Notes under the pieces: model-generated
What the model was told of the DNA's origin: nothing
Databases searched by the model: none
The model's input: the letters and a program-made list of their open reading frames with translations, nothing else
In this document: positions 1 through 8,339 of the stretch, in pieces
How the letters are laid out: each line of letters begins with the position of its first letter
Position numbering within the stretch: position 1 is the first letter of the stretch
Made by a program: the position numbers and the translations under genes
Source of the DNA: a virus
DNA: 64,000 bases
Direction: 5' to 3' (one strand)
Virus record (IMG/VR): IMGVR_UViG_3300032224_000591
Location: 103,757-167,756 of that record

Positions 1-2
1 AG

Positions 3-326
3 TTGCAGCGCTACTCGGCTACTGGCAAGATCGATACTGGTATCCTTGTCAACCTTGATGAGGAAGCGTTCAATCAGTTGGTTGGTCTACTTAAGGACAA
101 GAACTTTACGAGCATGCGCAAGTGGGTAGATAGCAACACTATCGATCAGACTGCCATGTTCCGTAAGTTCTATGATACTGCAGCTAGCTATATGACGCCA
201 GGTGGCGTAGCACAACTCGTTATGCTACTTGGTAAGTATCAGTATCAAGCTGCATTTGCTGCTGATCCAGTGATCAACTTCACTGCCTTCCTGACTGAGG
301 TCATGACCAAGTGTGAGTTCGAGTAA
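3..326 (+). CDS. 44: Clamp loader large subunit gp44, C-terminal part (5' truncated by window)
   Basis: LQRYSATGKID..., KYQYQAAFAADP.INF.AFLTEVM C-terminus; order 44-62-regA. Confidence 0.92.
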   Translation: MQRYSATGKIDTGILVNLDEEAFNQLVGLLKDKNFTSMRKWVDSNTIDQTAMFRKFYDTAASYMTPGGVAQLVMLLGKYQYQAAFAADPVINFTAFLTEVMTKCEFE

Positions 327-703
327 TGGCATATGATTGGCGATACGAGAACAGCATCAACTCCACCAAGGACTATCAGGATCCGGATGGGAATGAGCAC
401 AAGTACTCCGCATGGCGTACAAACTCGTCCCTGTCATACTTCCCTGATACTGTACTCTATGCCAATGATATGAACATGCTTCATCATCTGGATGACAAGC
501 CACAATACGACTACCTCTTCTTCTCCATCCGCCAGAAGAAGAGGTTCTTTAAGAGGGACAAGAAGCAGGACAAAGACAGCAACTTCGCTTTAGTTCAGGA
601 CCACTATAAATATAATAATACGAGAGCAAGGGAAGCACTGCAGATTCTTACGGAGAAGCAGCTCGATATTATTCGACAAAAAGAAGAAAAAGGTGGAACA
701 TGA
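326..703 (+). CDS. 62: Clamp loader small subunit gp62
   Basis: LSYFPDTVLYANDMN, QYDYLFFSIR.KKRF, YKYN..RA.EAL.IL motifs; position between 44 and regA. Confidence 0.92.
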   Translation: MAYDWRYENSINSTKDYQDPDGNEHKYSAWRTNSSLSYFPDTVLYANDMNMLHHLDDKPQYDYLFFSIRQKKRFFKRDKKQDKDSNFALVQDHYKYNNTRAREALQILTEKQLDIIRQKEEKGGT

Positions 704-1098
704 ACTTAATCGAATCACTGGTTGAAGTGAGAATCGCTGAGGAAGAGGACTTCCTAAAGATCAAGGAAACTCTGACACGTATTGGCGTTGCATCTCGTAA
801 GGATCAAAAGCTTTATCAGTCCTGTCATATCCTGCACAAACAGGGTAAGTACTATATCGTCCATTTCAAAGAGCTCTTTGCCCTAGATGGGAAGCCTTCG
901 GACTTCACACCTGAGGACAAGGGAAGACGTAACACTATTGCTTTGCTCCTAGAGGAGTGGGGGCTGGTGAAGGTTGTAGAACCAGAGAGAATCGCAGAGC
1001 CTAAGGCACCGATGAGTCAGGTGAAGATCCTGCCTCATAAGGAAAAGGATAACTGGATTCTGGAAGCAAAGTACAATATCGGCAGAAAGAAGAAATAG
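700..1098 (+). CDS. regA: RegA translational repressor
   Basis: FLKIKETLTRIGVAS..., LYQSCHILHKQGKYYIVHFKELFALDG. Confidence 0.97.
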   Translation: MNLIESLVEVRIAEEEDFLKIKETLTRIGVASRKDQKLYQSCHILHKQGKYYIVHFKELFALDGKPSDFTPEDKGRRNTIALLLEEWGLVKVVEPERIAEPKAPMSQVKILPHKEKDNWILEAKYNIGRKKK

Positions 1099-1100
1099 GC

Positions 1101-1472
1101 ATGAAATTTTTTGGTATGAAGGGCAAACGCCCTGCAAAGCCGATCGTTACTAAAACGCCGGCTGAAGTGAAGTTGGATATGATCAGGGACATCCTGTTCC
1201 CGCCGAGCGAATCCCATATCGATAAAGACGGAAGAAAGTTTCTAGTCGACTTCTCAGCTGACTTGAATCTTGACTCCGCCTTGTCGGACCTAGAAGATGG
1301 TTACAATGACAAGGCTTGTCAGCAGACCATCAAGAAAATCTCTAATCGTATTTTCGAGGTCCGAAAGATCCTCGAGGCCCATCAAGAAATCACCGACGCA
1401 GAGTACCTGATCGTCGACGACCTTGCGGAGGAAGCTTATGAAAAAGTTCAGGCGTCAGATAGAGAGCATTGA
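1101..1472 (+). CDS. Hypothetical protein
   Basis: Coupled to regA, phage-like codon usage. Confidence 0.7.
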   Translation: MKFFGMKGKRPAKPIVTKTPAEVKLDMIRDILFPPSESHIDKDGRKFLVDFSADLNLDSALSDLEDGYNDKACQQTIKKISNRIFEVRKILEAHQEITDAEYLIVDDLAEEAYEKVQASDREH

Positions 1473-1653
1473 CAAGTTCATCGAGTCTCTAGAGGAGATG
1501 ATCGATGCCCGCGATGATATGTGGCAGGAGGAGAAGTTCTGCAACTACAAGCAGGCCGAAAAGATCCGCGTGGCTCGATACGAACCAGCTAGAGCTAGGC
1601 TAAAGGAAGCACTCACCGACCACATTGTTGAGGTCGTGGAGGAAGAGGACTAG
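1438..1653 (+). CDS. Hypothetical protein
   Basis: GGAGG RBS before ATG 1438. Confidence 0.65.
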   Translation: MKKFRRQIESIDKFIESLEEMIDARDDMWQEEKFCNYKQAEKIRVARYEPARARLKEALTDHIVEVVEEED

Positions 1654-1731
1654 CCAGAACCACATCCACCGGCCATGCCCAGAGCGCGTGTGGTGGACGA
1701 TTGCCGATCGGATGCTGGATTCCATACCCCC

Positions 1732-1766
1732 GGGGACTGTGACAAAAAAGTCACAGTCCCCTTTTT
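1732..1766 (+). terminator. Intrinsic terminator hairpin that also contains the TGTGAC-N6-GTCACA palindrome
   Basis: GGGGACTGTGAC-AAAAAA-GTCACAGTCCCC-TTTTT. Confidence 0.8.
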
Positions 1767-1833
1767 GTTAGCCCCGGGCCGCATTTTCTAGTGTACTCTG
1801 CCGCCGGTTGCTATATAATAGGCCTATCAAATG
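1738..1833 (+). repeat. Early-promoter cassette copy 1
   Basis: Palindrome at 1738, CGCATTTT, TGTACT(1792)-N16-TATAAT, AGGCCTATCAAATG. Confidence 0.85.
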
Positions 1834-1857
1834 GTAACCAACCACTGGAGCTTAGCA

Positions 1858-2043
1858 ATGACCAAGGTTCACCAATTCATCACCCGCTATCCCACCGTCG
1901 ATGGCTACGAACTCATCTGCTTCGTCGAGGCATACGGCCGGCTTCTCAGAACCTCTGTTGACCTGCTCCTATCCGAAGGGCTAGAGTCCGACCAGACTGC
2001 TCGATTCTATATCGAGTGCATCGGCCGCATGAAGGGTGTGTGA
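1858..2043 (+). CDS. Small early hypothetical protein
   Basis: ACTGGAG RBS, follows cassette 1. Confidence 0.65.
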   Translation: MTKVHQFITRYPTVDGYELICFVEAYGRLLRTSVDLLLSEGLESDQTARFYIECIGRMKGV

Positions 2044-2134
2044 CAAAAAAGTCACACGGTACGGCAATCGAGTCTGAGGCCGCATTTTGCGGTGTACTTT
2101 CCGGCCAGCTGCTGTATAATAGGCCTATCAAATG
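2039..2134 (+). repeat. Early-promoter cassette copy 2
   Basis: Palindrome at 2039, CGCATTTT, TGTACT(2093)-N16-TATAAT, AGGCCTATCAAATG. Confidence 0.85.
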
Positions 2135-2165
2135 CAGATTGACTGCAGACAACTGGAGCTAGACT

Positions 2166-2417
2166 ATGAAGTTCAGCAAGGCTGATTTCGACTACCACGG
2201 TGGCTACCTGACCTACGGTGCAGACCGTAAGTTTGTTGCCCGGTTTAAGTATCGCGGTAGCGTCGGCAAAGCTGCCTTCGTCCGACTCTTGACGAAGTAC
2301 TACACCGTTGAGGACTACTTTGCTAAGCTTAAGCATAGTGCTCCTTTCAAGATCCTCATGGATGATGGTTTTGTGACTGTCGATACAGTCAACCATCGTA
2401 TTCTTGTGGCCAAGTAA
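2166..2417 (+). CDS. Small early hypothetical protein
   Basis: ACTGGAG RBS, follows cassette 2. Confidence 0.75.
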   Translation: MKFSKADFDYHGGYLTYGADRKFVARFKYRGSVGKAAFVRLLTKYYTVEDYFAKLKHSAPFKILMDDGFVTVDTVNHRILVAK

Positions 2418-2420
2418 GGG

Positions 2421-2515
2421 TGTGTCTTTTTTATCACACTGACCAGCTATCGAGTTTGACATCGCATTTTGTGATGTACATAGCCGGCCAGCGTGATATA
2501 ATGGTCATATCAAAT
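2421..2515 (+). repeat. Early-promoter cassette copy 3 (diverged)
   Basis: TGTGTC-T6-ATCACA at 2421, CGCATTTT, TGTACA(2475)-N16-TATAAT, TATCAAAT. Confidence 0.8.
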
Positions 2516-2537
2516 ACGGAATGACAGGAACTTGACT

Positions 2538-2651
2538 ATGGACTACGTGATCTTTGGAATCGTCTTTGTTATCGGCTGCTCGATCGCTTGGGCTGTCGGT
2601 GTTCGTCAAGGTGCTGCTTATGCGGCACGTGCTATCATCGAGGGTATCTAA
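2538..2651 (+). CDS. 37-aa single-pass membrane peptide (not in ORF track)
   Basis: MDYVIFGIVFVIGCSIAWAVGVRQG...; AGGA RBS; stop overlaps next ATG. Confidence 0.6.
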   Translation: MDYVIFGIVFVIGCSIAWAVGVRQGAAYAARAIIEGI

Positions 2652-2749
2652 TGTCTAGCTATGAAACGTTCCTTGTGTTCTCGCCCCTTCTTGCTCTTGT
2701 TGCGGTCATGCTGATTGGCCTCATCGCGGTTGACTATATCGGAGAATGA
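2651..2749 (+). CDS. 32-aa single-pass membrane peptide (not in ORF track)
   Basis: MSSYETFLVFSPLLALVAVMLIGLIAVDYIGE; coupled on both sides. Confidence 0.6.
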   Translation: MSSYETFLVFSPLLALVAVMLIGLIAVDYIGE

Positions 2750-3081
2750 TCATGCGCCGTTCGACTCAGTATCGTGCCACCGTCACGACTCTCAATGATC
2801 CGCTTGTCGGGATCCTTAAACACCTTACTAAGGTGCTGAATCATCGGCAGAAGATGCTCGAGCTTGACGGCAAGGGCAAGGTTAAGGACTACTTTGGTGA
2901 TACCTATGTGACTCGCTATCGGATGATCCCCCGTGGTCGTCTCGGCAAGCACAATGTCCATGCACCTCTCTACGCGGTTGATGGACCACTCCATCGTGAT
3001 GCTGCCCAGACCATTCGGCCTGAGCATGCAAGTCGATTTGATCTGTACGTGTCTGCCTACTCACAGAAGGTGAAGTCATAA
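2746..3081 (+). CDS. Hypothetical protein
   Basis: GGAG RBS, ATGA overlap. Confidence 0.7.
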   Translation: MIMRRSTQYRATVTTLNDPLVGILKHLTKVLNHRQKMLELDGKGKVKDYFGDTYVTRYRMIPRGRLGKHNVHAPLYAVDGPLHRDAAQTIRPEHASRFDLYVSAYSQKVKS

Positions 3082-3248
3082 TGGATGCTTTGATCGAAGA
3101 ACTCCTCACCCGTGTCCAGCGCTCGTATGAGCTGCTCGAGGCTTATGAAGCTCAAGGTGCTGCTCTATCTGATCGTGAGATAGGCTATGCCCAAGGTATC
3201 CGCGAGGAGATCGGCTTCTTAGAGCGTATGCTAGAGCGTTTCGTATAA
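3081..3248 (+). CDS. 55-aa hypothetical protein (not in ORF track)
   Basis: MDALIEELLTRVQ...; TAATG coupling. Confidence 0.6.
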   Translation: MDALIEELLTRVQRSYELLEAYEAQGAALSDREIGYAQGIREEIGFLERMLERFV

Positions 3249-3249
3249 G

Positions 3250-3278
3250 TGTACAAGCGTCCGTGAATGTGGTATAAT
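3250..3278 (+). promoter_or_regulatory. Early promoter TGTACA-N17-TATAAT
   Basis: Same motif recurs at 4037, 14056, 15347, 21985 (TTTACT), 24542, 34288, 39505, 49634, 62544, each just upstream of a gene. Confidence 0.85.
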
Positions 3279-3300
3279 ATTCCTACAGTGGAGATTGACT

Positions 3301-3492
3301 ATGAGCATCAACGAAGCCCTTGACTATGCCGAACGTTTCGACCTCATGATCATGCGCTCTGAGGCTGAGGGTTGGACTCCGTCTGACTTTCGCTCTGAGT
3401 TGCTGATTCTCAATCGTGAATTCCTTGAGGAGGCCGAACGTATCGATCGAATGTTCGAAGCCGAGCACCGCTATCAGCAGGCGACTGCCTAA
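3301..3492 (+). CDS. Hypothetical protein
   Basis: GGAG RBS after early promoter. Confidence 0.7.
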   Translation: MSINEALDYAERFDLMIMRSEAEGWTPSDFRSELLILNREFLEEAERIDRMFEAEHRYQQATA

Positions 3493-3854
3493 TGACGATG
3501 CATCTGCTGCCGGCGTTCGTCACCTCGACGAACATGAACCAGAGAAAGGTCAAGCCTAAACAGCTTGACCAGCATGACGTATGGCTGCTGAAGCGCGGGC
3601 TTCATCCAGAGCAGATCCGACTTAAGAAGATTGGTGATCCTAACTGGAAGCAGGCATACACAGAGTCTTTGCGTACCGACCGATCTAGTTATCATTCGGC
3701 AGGCATGGGTTCTGGCAAAACATCTAAAGCTGCACCCAAGGTGTATTCCGGCGAGCGCAAGCTTCTCGGCATCGCCACGATGCATAAGTCTAATATGGTA
3801 CCTGTTTTTGCTAAGCAGGATGCCGAGGATATTGCTAGGATGAGGAGAGGCTGA
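3492..3854 (+). CDS. Conserved T4-like hypothetical protein
   Basis: KVYSGERKLLGIATMHKSNMVPVF...A.DIARMRR C-terminal motif seen in T4-like phages. Confidence 0.8.
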   Translation: MTMHLLPAFVTSTNMNQRKVKPKQLDQHDVWLLKRGLHPEQIRLKKIGDPNWKQAYTESLRTDRSSYHSAGMGSGKTSKAAPKVYSGERKLLGIATMHKSNMVPVFAKQDAEDIARMRRG

Positions 3855-4027
3855 TGGATAGTGTTATGATACAGGCTCGGGATACGACAGGCAACTGGCG
3901 TACCTATCTGATCGTCATGAACGATCCTCAGCGAATTTTGAGTGAGATGCGTTCGTTGCAGTCTCGCTACCCGAGCTATCGCATTCGTGCGGTGGATGGG
4001 CATGATCGAGTGATTGACATGCTCTAA
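3854..4027 (+). CDS. 57-aa hypothetical protein (not in ORF track)
   Basis: MDSVMIQARDTTGNWRTY...; TGATG coupling. Confidence 0.6.
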   Translation: MDSVMIQARDTTGNWRTYLIVMNDPQRILSEMRSLQSRYPSYRIRAVDGHDRVIDML

Positions 4028-4111
4028 AAATAGTGATGTACAATGCCTGAAAAACAGTGTACTATATACAAGATGACAAATTGTCGTCTACTCAACATGG
4101 AGATAGTGACT

Positions 4112-4360
4112 ATGACGAATAAGACCGCAGCTCTTGTCGAAGCCTTTAAGTCCGGCAAGGAGCTCACCGCTGATCAGATCGCCTCTAAGTATGGCCTCGT
4201 CAACCCGACCGCTTCGGTCACTGCGTTGCGCAAGGCAGGCTATCCGATCTATCTGAATACTCGCAAGGGTGTTTCCAAGTATCGCCTTGGTACTCCTACG
4301 CGTAAGATGATCGCCGCTGGTTATGCTGCGCTTGGCGCACAGGCCGCTGGCCTCGTCTGA
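4112..4360 (+). CDS. Winged helix-turn-helix DNA-binding protein
   Basis: ELTADQIASKYGL.NPTASVTALRKAGYPI; own early promoter at 4037. Confidence 0.75.
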   Translation: MTNKTAALVEAFKSGKELTADQIASKYGLVNPTASVTALRKAGYPIYLNTRKGVSKYRLGTPTRKMIAAGYAALGAQAAGLV

Positions 4361-4408
4361 AAATAATTTCGCTGGAGCGGGTTTATTGCTCGCTCCAGTG
4401 CATAAATA

Positions 4409-4805
4409 GGTCGCTGTTTGAAATTGTTAATGGACGCTTCGGCGTCCACTTTAGTCTGCGCCACTTGTTGTCGCATTCTAATGTGGACTTGAAGTGTCTC
4501 TTCATGGATATACAGAGCGACGCAAGATACCTTAGTGGTTGTCGGCATAACATGCGATCTTGGTAGTGTTATGTACTGTAGGCATACAGGCTGTATATCT
4601 TTGTAGAGACAACTTATTAGGTGTGGTGTTATGGAAAACTCCAGTGTTCCTGGATAGCGCACAGTCAATGGGTCCACTGTCTGCAGGCACGGCCAATACT
4701 GAGTTGTAACTGAAAATTGGGGTTGCTCCCATGCATAAGGTTACAGAGTAAAGCGAACGGTATGGCGGTCTATCCATATCCATAACATGACATCACTCCT
4801 AATAG
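4409..4805 (+). ncRNA. Putative ~400-nt structured ncRNA, unclassified
   Basis: Follows late-type CATAAATA (4401); no credible ORF; C(UUCG)G hairpin 4431-4448 and several long-range helices. Confidence 0.6.
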
Positions 4806-4810
4806 GTTAA

Positions 4811-4885
4811 TGGCGCATAGCTCAGTGGTAGAGCACTGTCCTGATAAGACAGGGGTCGATGGATCGTAACCATCTGTGCCAACCA
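4811..4885 (+). tRNA. tRNA-Ile(GAT), atypical T loop
   Basis: Cloverleaf, loop CT-GAT-AA, encoded CCA. Confidence 0.9.
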
Positions 4886-5035
4886 GAGTGTGGTTGCTGG
4901 TGACTCGTTGTGGAACCAGCAAACTTATCAATAGTAGTGGTTCGAAACGCTGCTATCTGAGAATACACCGGTGCGCTACGTACTCGGCGAAACACCAAAA
5001 GGGTGGGGTAAGAGCCCCAATGAGTATGGAAATTC

Positions 5036-5111
5036 GGACCGTTAGCTCAGCTGGTAGAGCAGGAGACTCTTAATCTCTTTGTCGTAGGTTCGATCCCTAC
5101 ACGGTTCACCA
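5036..5111 (+). tRNA. tRNA-Lys(CTT)
   Basis: Cloverleaf, CCA. Confidence 0.95.
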
Positions 5112-5121
5112 AATAGAATAT

Positions 5122-5197
5122 GGGGACATAGCTCAGTTGGGAGAGCGTCTGATTTGCATTCAGAAGGTCTGCGGTTCGATCCCGCATGTCTCCACCA
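5122..5197 (+). tRNA. tRNA-Ala(TGC)
   Basis: Cloverleaf, G3:U70, CCA. Confidence 0.95.
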
Positions 5198-5423
5198 AGT
5201 TCAGGACTAACAGAGGAAGCAAATGGTTACCCTCTGTGAATGACAATAAGATGCTGGGAAACCCGATAAATCCAACCATGGAGTGCATCTAGTCAAGATT
5301 CTGAAACAGTGTGTGGTTACTGGTGACACTCCTAAGCTGTAGGAACCTTACTAACTATAGAGTCGCGTACGGGATGGTGTGGCTTGGCGAGGCCTGTGTA
5401 CACAACATCATCCCAACTAATTC

Positions 5424-5499
<76 letters not shown>

Positions 5500-5601
5500 A
5501 AGGCAAATAGCATCAGGTTCCAACCTGATCCAAGGGATTCGCGAGTCCCTGCTCAACGGTTGTCAGTGACGATGGGTGCTATCGGAACTGTCAAAGTTTA
5601 T

Positions 5602-5676
5602 CGCGGAGTGGAGAAGCAGAATCTCGTTTGGCTCATACCCAAAAGATCGTCGGTGCAATTCCGACCTCCGCAACCA
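5602..5676 (+). tRNA. tRNA-fMet(CAT), initiator type
   Basis: C1xA72 mismatch, anticodon CAT, CCA. Confidence 0.85.
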
Positions 5677-5698
5677 ATATAGAAGACAGGAGATTGAT

Positions 5699-5998
5699 AT
5701 GCTTAAAGTTGTAGTAGTAGCTACGGTGAGTGCAATTGCACTTGCTGGTTGTACAGCACGAGAGCAACAGCTGCTTGCAGCGGGCGCCGTAGGTGCAGTT
5801 GCTGGTGCGGTTGTTGCTAGCGAGGTGTCTCAGCCTCGTCCATACTATGTGCAGGAACGCCCATATTATGTACAGCCCCGTCCTGCATATTATGAAGAGC
5901 GTCGCCCAATCTATGTGCAACCTCATCGTCGTCCTCAATGTTTCTCCACATGGGAAAACACCCATCGTGGTATGGTAGAACGTCGCGTCTGCCGTTAA
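5699..5998 (+). CDS. Small lipoprotein with glycine zipper and Y/P/R-rich repeats
   Basis: Lipobox LAGC, GAVGAVAGAVV, repeated RPYYVQ; AGGAG RBS. Confidence 0.8.
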   Translation: MLKVVVVATVSAIALAGCTAREQQLLAAGAVGAVAGAVVASEVSQPRPYYVQERPYYVQPRPAYYEERRPIYVQPHRRPQCFSTWENTHRGMVERRVCR

Positions 5999-6005
5999 GG
6001 TTTGA

Positions 6006-6081
6006 TTCCCGATAGCTCAGCTGGTAGAGCGTCTGACTGTTAATCAGAATGTCCGTGGTTCGAGCCCACGTCGGGGAGCCA
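6006..6081 (+). tRNA. tRNA-Asn(GTT)
   Basis: Cloverleaf, CCA. Confidence 0.95.
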
Positions 6082-6252
6082 ATTCGTAGGGGTTGAGATC
6101 CTACAAATCACCACCTGTTCCGGGTTCAAGCGGTCATGGTGGATATAGGCTAGGGCTGCCTGAAGTGTCCCTGTTTCTTGGACCGTCTTCATCTCGGAAC
6201 CTACTCCGCGTAAAGGGAGAATGCTGGATGGCAGTAACCAGCGGCGAAATTT

Positions 6253-6327
6253 GATCCCATCGATTATCGGTTAAGTCACCTGCCTGTCACGCAGGAGTGA
6301 GGGGTTCGATTCCCCTTGGGATCGCCA
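6253..6327 (+). tRNA. tRNA-Asp(GTC)
   Basis: Cloverleaf, CCA. Confidence 0.92.
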
Positions 6328-6486
6328 TCTTTGTGGTAAGGAAAGCCTATGGAATACCACTCGCTGCAGCAGCGTGTATGATAGGATCGGAGTAATTGAC
6401 CGATAAAAGGAGAATGGGCAAGTCAAAGGCCTTGAAACCAATGACCAGATACCTCACCTGCCATAATTTAATATAGAGGATAGTAG

Positions 6487-7434
6487 ATGAAACCTATTGC
6501 AGTATTTTGTAAAGATCCTGAACTATCTGTCTATTGGACTCTTACAGATTTCTGTAATTTTAGTTGTAACTACTGTCCAGCTTTTCTTCATAGTGGCGAA
6601 TATCATAAAGGTATATCCAAGGGTTTTCCAACAGATGAACAGATAATTTCTTTTGTTGATAAATTAGAAGAGTTGTCTAAAACTAGAAAGCTTGAGGTTA
6701 CACTAAGCGGTGGAGAGCCTACTCTTCATCCTATGTTACCCTATATCATAGATAGACTACGGGGCAAATGCATATTATGCATAACATCTAATGGTTCAAG
6801 AGGAAATAACTTTTGGAACACAATTCTTCCTGTGTCTACTGTTCAATTATCTCTTCATCCAGAGTTTACAAAAGCTAATAAAATCAATAGTCTCTCTAGA
6901 GTTATTATTGATAGTGGCACTGTTCTGAGATATAATTTATCATGTGATCCCAATAACTGGGAAAAAGTATTAGCTCTATATGATTCTATAGATGATGAGT
7001 TTAAACCTTTTATTACCCCAAGAGTTCTACAACATTGGGGTACTCAATCTGATGTAAAGCGTATATCTCTAACATATAGTCAAGAGCAATCTGCTTGGAT
7101 TAAAGAGACGTTATTTAAGCATAGGCCATTGAATCCAGTAAACAAGTCTGATTATAAGATGTTTTTCTCTGATGGTTCATCTATATCAGCCCATAAAATG
7201 GGTGTTATAATAGTGAATGAATGGAATGATTTCAAAGGATGGAAATGTTATGCTGGGTCACAATCTATCAATGCAACCTATTCAGGTGATGTGTTTGCTG
7301 GAGTGTGTGGATCAAAATTTCTAGGTAAGATTGATAATTTCGAATTATTCAATGATCACATTATTTGTGAGAGACACCGATGTGTCTGTCTACCAGATAT
7401 TAGAGCTAACAAACAATTAATCATTCCGGAATAG
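6487..7434 (+). CDS. Radical SAM protein with C-terminal Cys-rich (SPASM/twitch-like) domain
   Basis: CNFSCNYC, SGGEPT, C-terminal C.AG...C...C...C.C; stop codon lies inside tRNA-Gln. Confidence 0.9.
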   Translation: MKPIAVFCKDPELSVYWTLTDFCNFSCNYCPAFLHSGEYHKGISKGFPTDEQIISFVDKLEELSKTRKLEVTLSGGEPTLHPMLPYIIDRLRGKCILCITSNGSRGNNFWNTILPVSTVQLSLHPEFTKANKINSLSRVIIDSGTVLRYNLSCDPNNWEKVLALYDSIDDEFKPFITPRVLQHWGTQSDVKRISLTYSQEQSAWIKETLFKHRPLNPVNKSDYKMFFSDGSSISAHKMGVIIVNEWNDFKGWKCYAGSQSINATYSGDVFAGVCGSKFLGKIDNFELFNDHIICERHRCVCLPDIRANKQLIIPE

Positions 7435-7500
7435 TTCAGCTGGTAGAACATCAGACTCTGAATCTGAGTGTCGGTGGTTCGAGTCCATCTTCCGGATCCA
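7425..7500 (+). tRNA. tRNA-Gln(CTG)
   Basis: Cloverleaf, CCA. Confidence 0.95.
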
Positions 7501-7504
7501 ATAT

Positions 7505-7595
7505 GCGTGGGCTGCAGAGACGGTGGTTCTGCGACGGACTGTAAATCCGTTCCCTAAGGGTAACATTGTAGGTTCGAATCCTTCCCCACGCACCA
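7505..7595 (+). tRNA. tRNA-Tyr(GTA)
   Basis: Long variable arm, CCA. Confidence 0.9.
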
Positions 7596-7728
7596 CTACA
7601 GGCTAGTTTTATGGTTCTCGAGATAAATAAAGCTAGGATTGTCATCGGACCGTGCCCTACTGTGCGGCTGCCGATGTAAAAGAAGCCGCGTGGCGAGTCA
7701 GGAGCCAGTTAACGGTGGGATAGTTTAA

Positions 7729-7803
7729 GTTGCCTGGGCTAGACGGTAAGGCGCGGGTCTGCAAAACCTTGAGAATCCGGTTCGACTCCGGAAGGTAACT
7801 CCA
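7729..7803 (+). tRNA. tRNA-Cys(GCA)
   Basis: U73 discriminator, CCA. Confidence 0.9.
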
Positions 7804-7820
7804 AACAAAAGGAATATAAT

Positions 7821-7934
7821 ATGCAAACAGAACATGGTGATTTTGTTTATAGGCTTTGTGGTTGGATGTATGTCTACATGAAACGTGTTGGTGAAGCATA
7901 TCACTATTACATTTCACACTCAAAGCTTCACTAA
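7821..7934 (+). CDS. 37-aa hypothetical peptide (not in ORF track)
   Basis: AAGGA RBS; fills gap between tRNAs exactly. Confidence 0.5.
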   Translation: MQTEHGDFVYRLCGWMYVYMKRVGEAYHYYISHSKLH

Positions 7935-7937
7935 TAC

Positions 7938-8015
7938 GTTTCGGTAGCTCAACTGGATGAGAGCATCGCGCTACGAACGCGAAGGTTGGGGGTTCGAATC
8001 CCTCTCGGAACACCA
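7938..8015 (+). tRNA. tRNA-Arg(ACG)
   Basis: Cloverleaf, CCA. Confidence 0.95.
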
Positions 8016-8019
8016 ATTC

Positions 8020-8094
8020 GCCGATGTAGCTCAGCGGTAGAGCACTCGCTTCATACGCGAAGGGTCGTAGGTTCAAGTCCTACTTTCGGCACCA
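8020..8094 (+). tRNA. tRNA-Met or Ile2 (CAT)
   Basis: Cloverleaf, paired 1:72, CCA; identity not resolvable by eye. Confidence 0.9.
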
Positions 8095-8099
8095 ATAAT

Positions 8100-8176
8100 C
8101 GGAGATTAGCGCAGTCTGGTAGCGTGGCTGGTTTGGAACCAGTAGGTCGCAGGTTCGAACCCTGCATCTCCGACCA
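8100..8176 (+). tRNA. tRNA-Pro(TGG)
   Basis: Cloverleaf, CCA. Confidence 0.95.
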
Positions 8177-8182
8177 CCTCTT

Positions 8183-8257
8183 GCGGAGGTAGCTCAGTGG
8201 TAGAGCTTCTGCTTGCCAAGCAGACGGTCGTGGGTTCGATCCCCATTCTCCGCTCCA
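8183..8257 (+). tRNA. tRNA-Gly(GCC)
   Basis: Cloverleaf, CCA. Confidence 0.95.
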
Positions 8258-8262
8258 TTAAT

Positions 8263-8339
8263 GCCCTCGTAGTCCAACTGGCAGAGGCGCCGGTCTTAGA
8301 AACCGGATGTTGTAAGTTCGAATCTTACCGGGGGCACCA
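8263..8339 (+). tRNA. tRNA-Leu(TAG), short variable loop
   Basis: Loop CT-TAG-AA, 77 nt, CCA. Confidence 0.92.

Noticed and set aside
1738-2515. CRISPR array or canonical CRP sites
   Set aside because: Repeats are long promoter cassettes separated by ORFs; half-site spacer is 8 not 6
4409-4805. tmRNA (one- or two-piece) or RNase P RNA
   Set aside because: No T-arm/CCA acceptor piece, no tag frame, no GAGGAAAGUCC-type core visible
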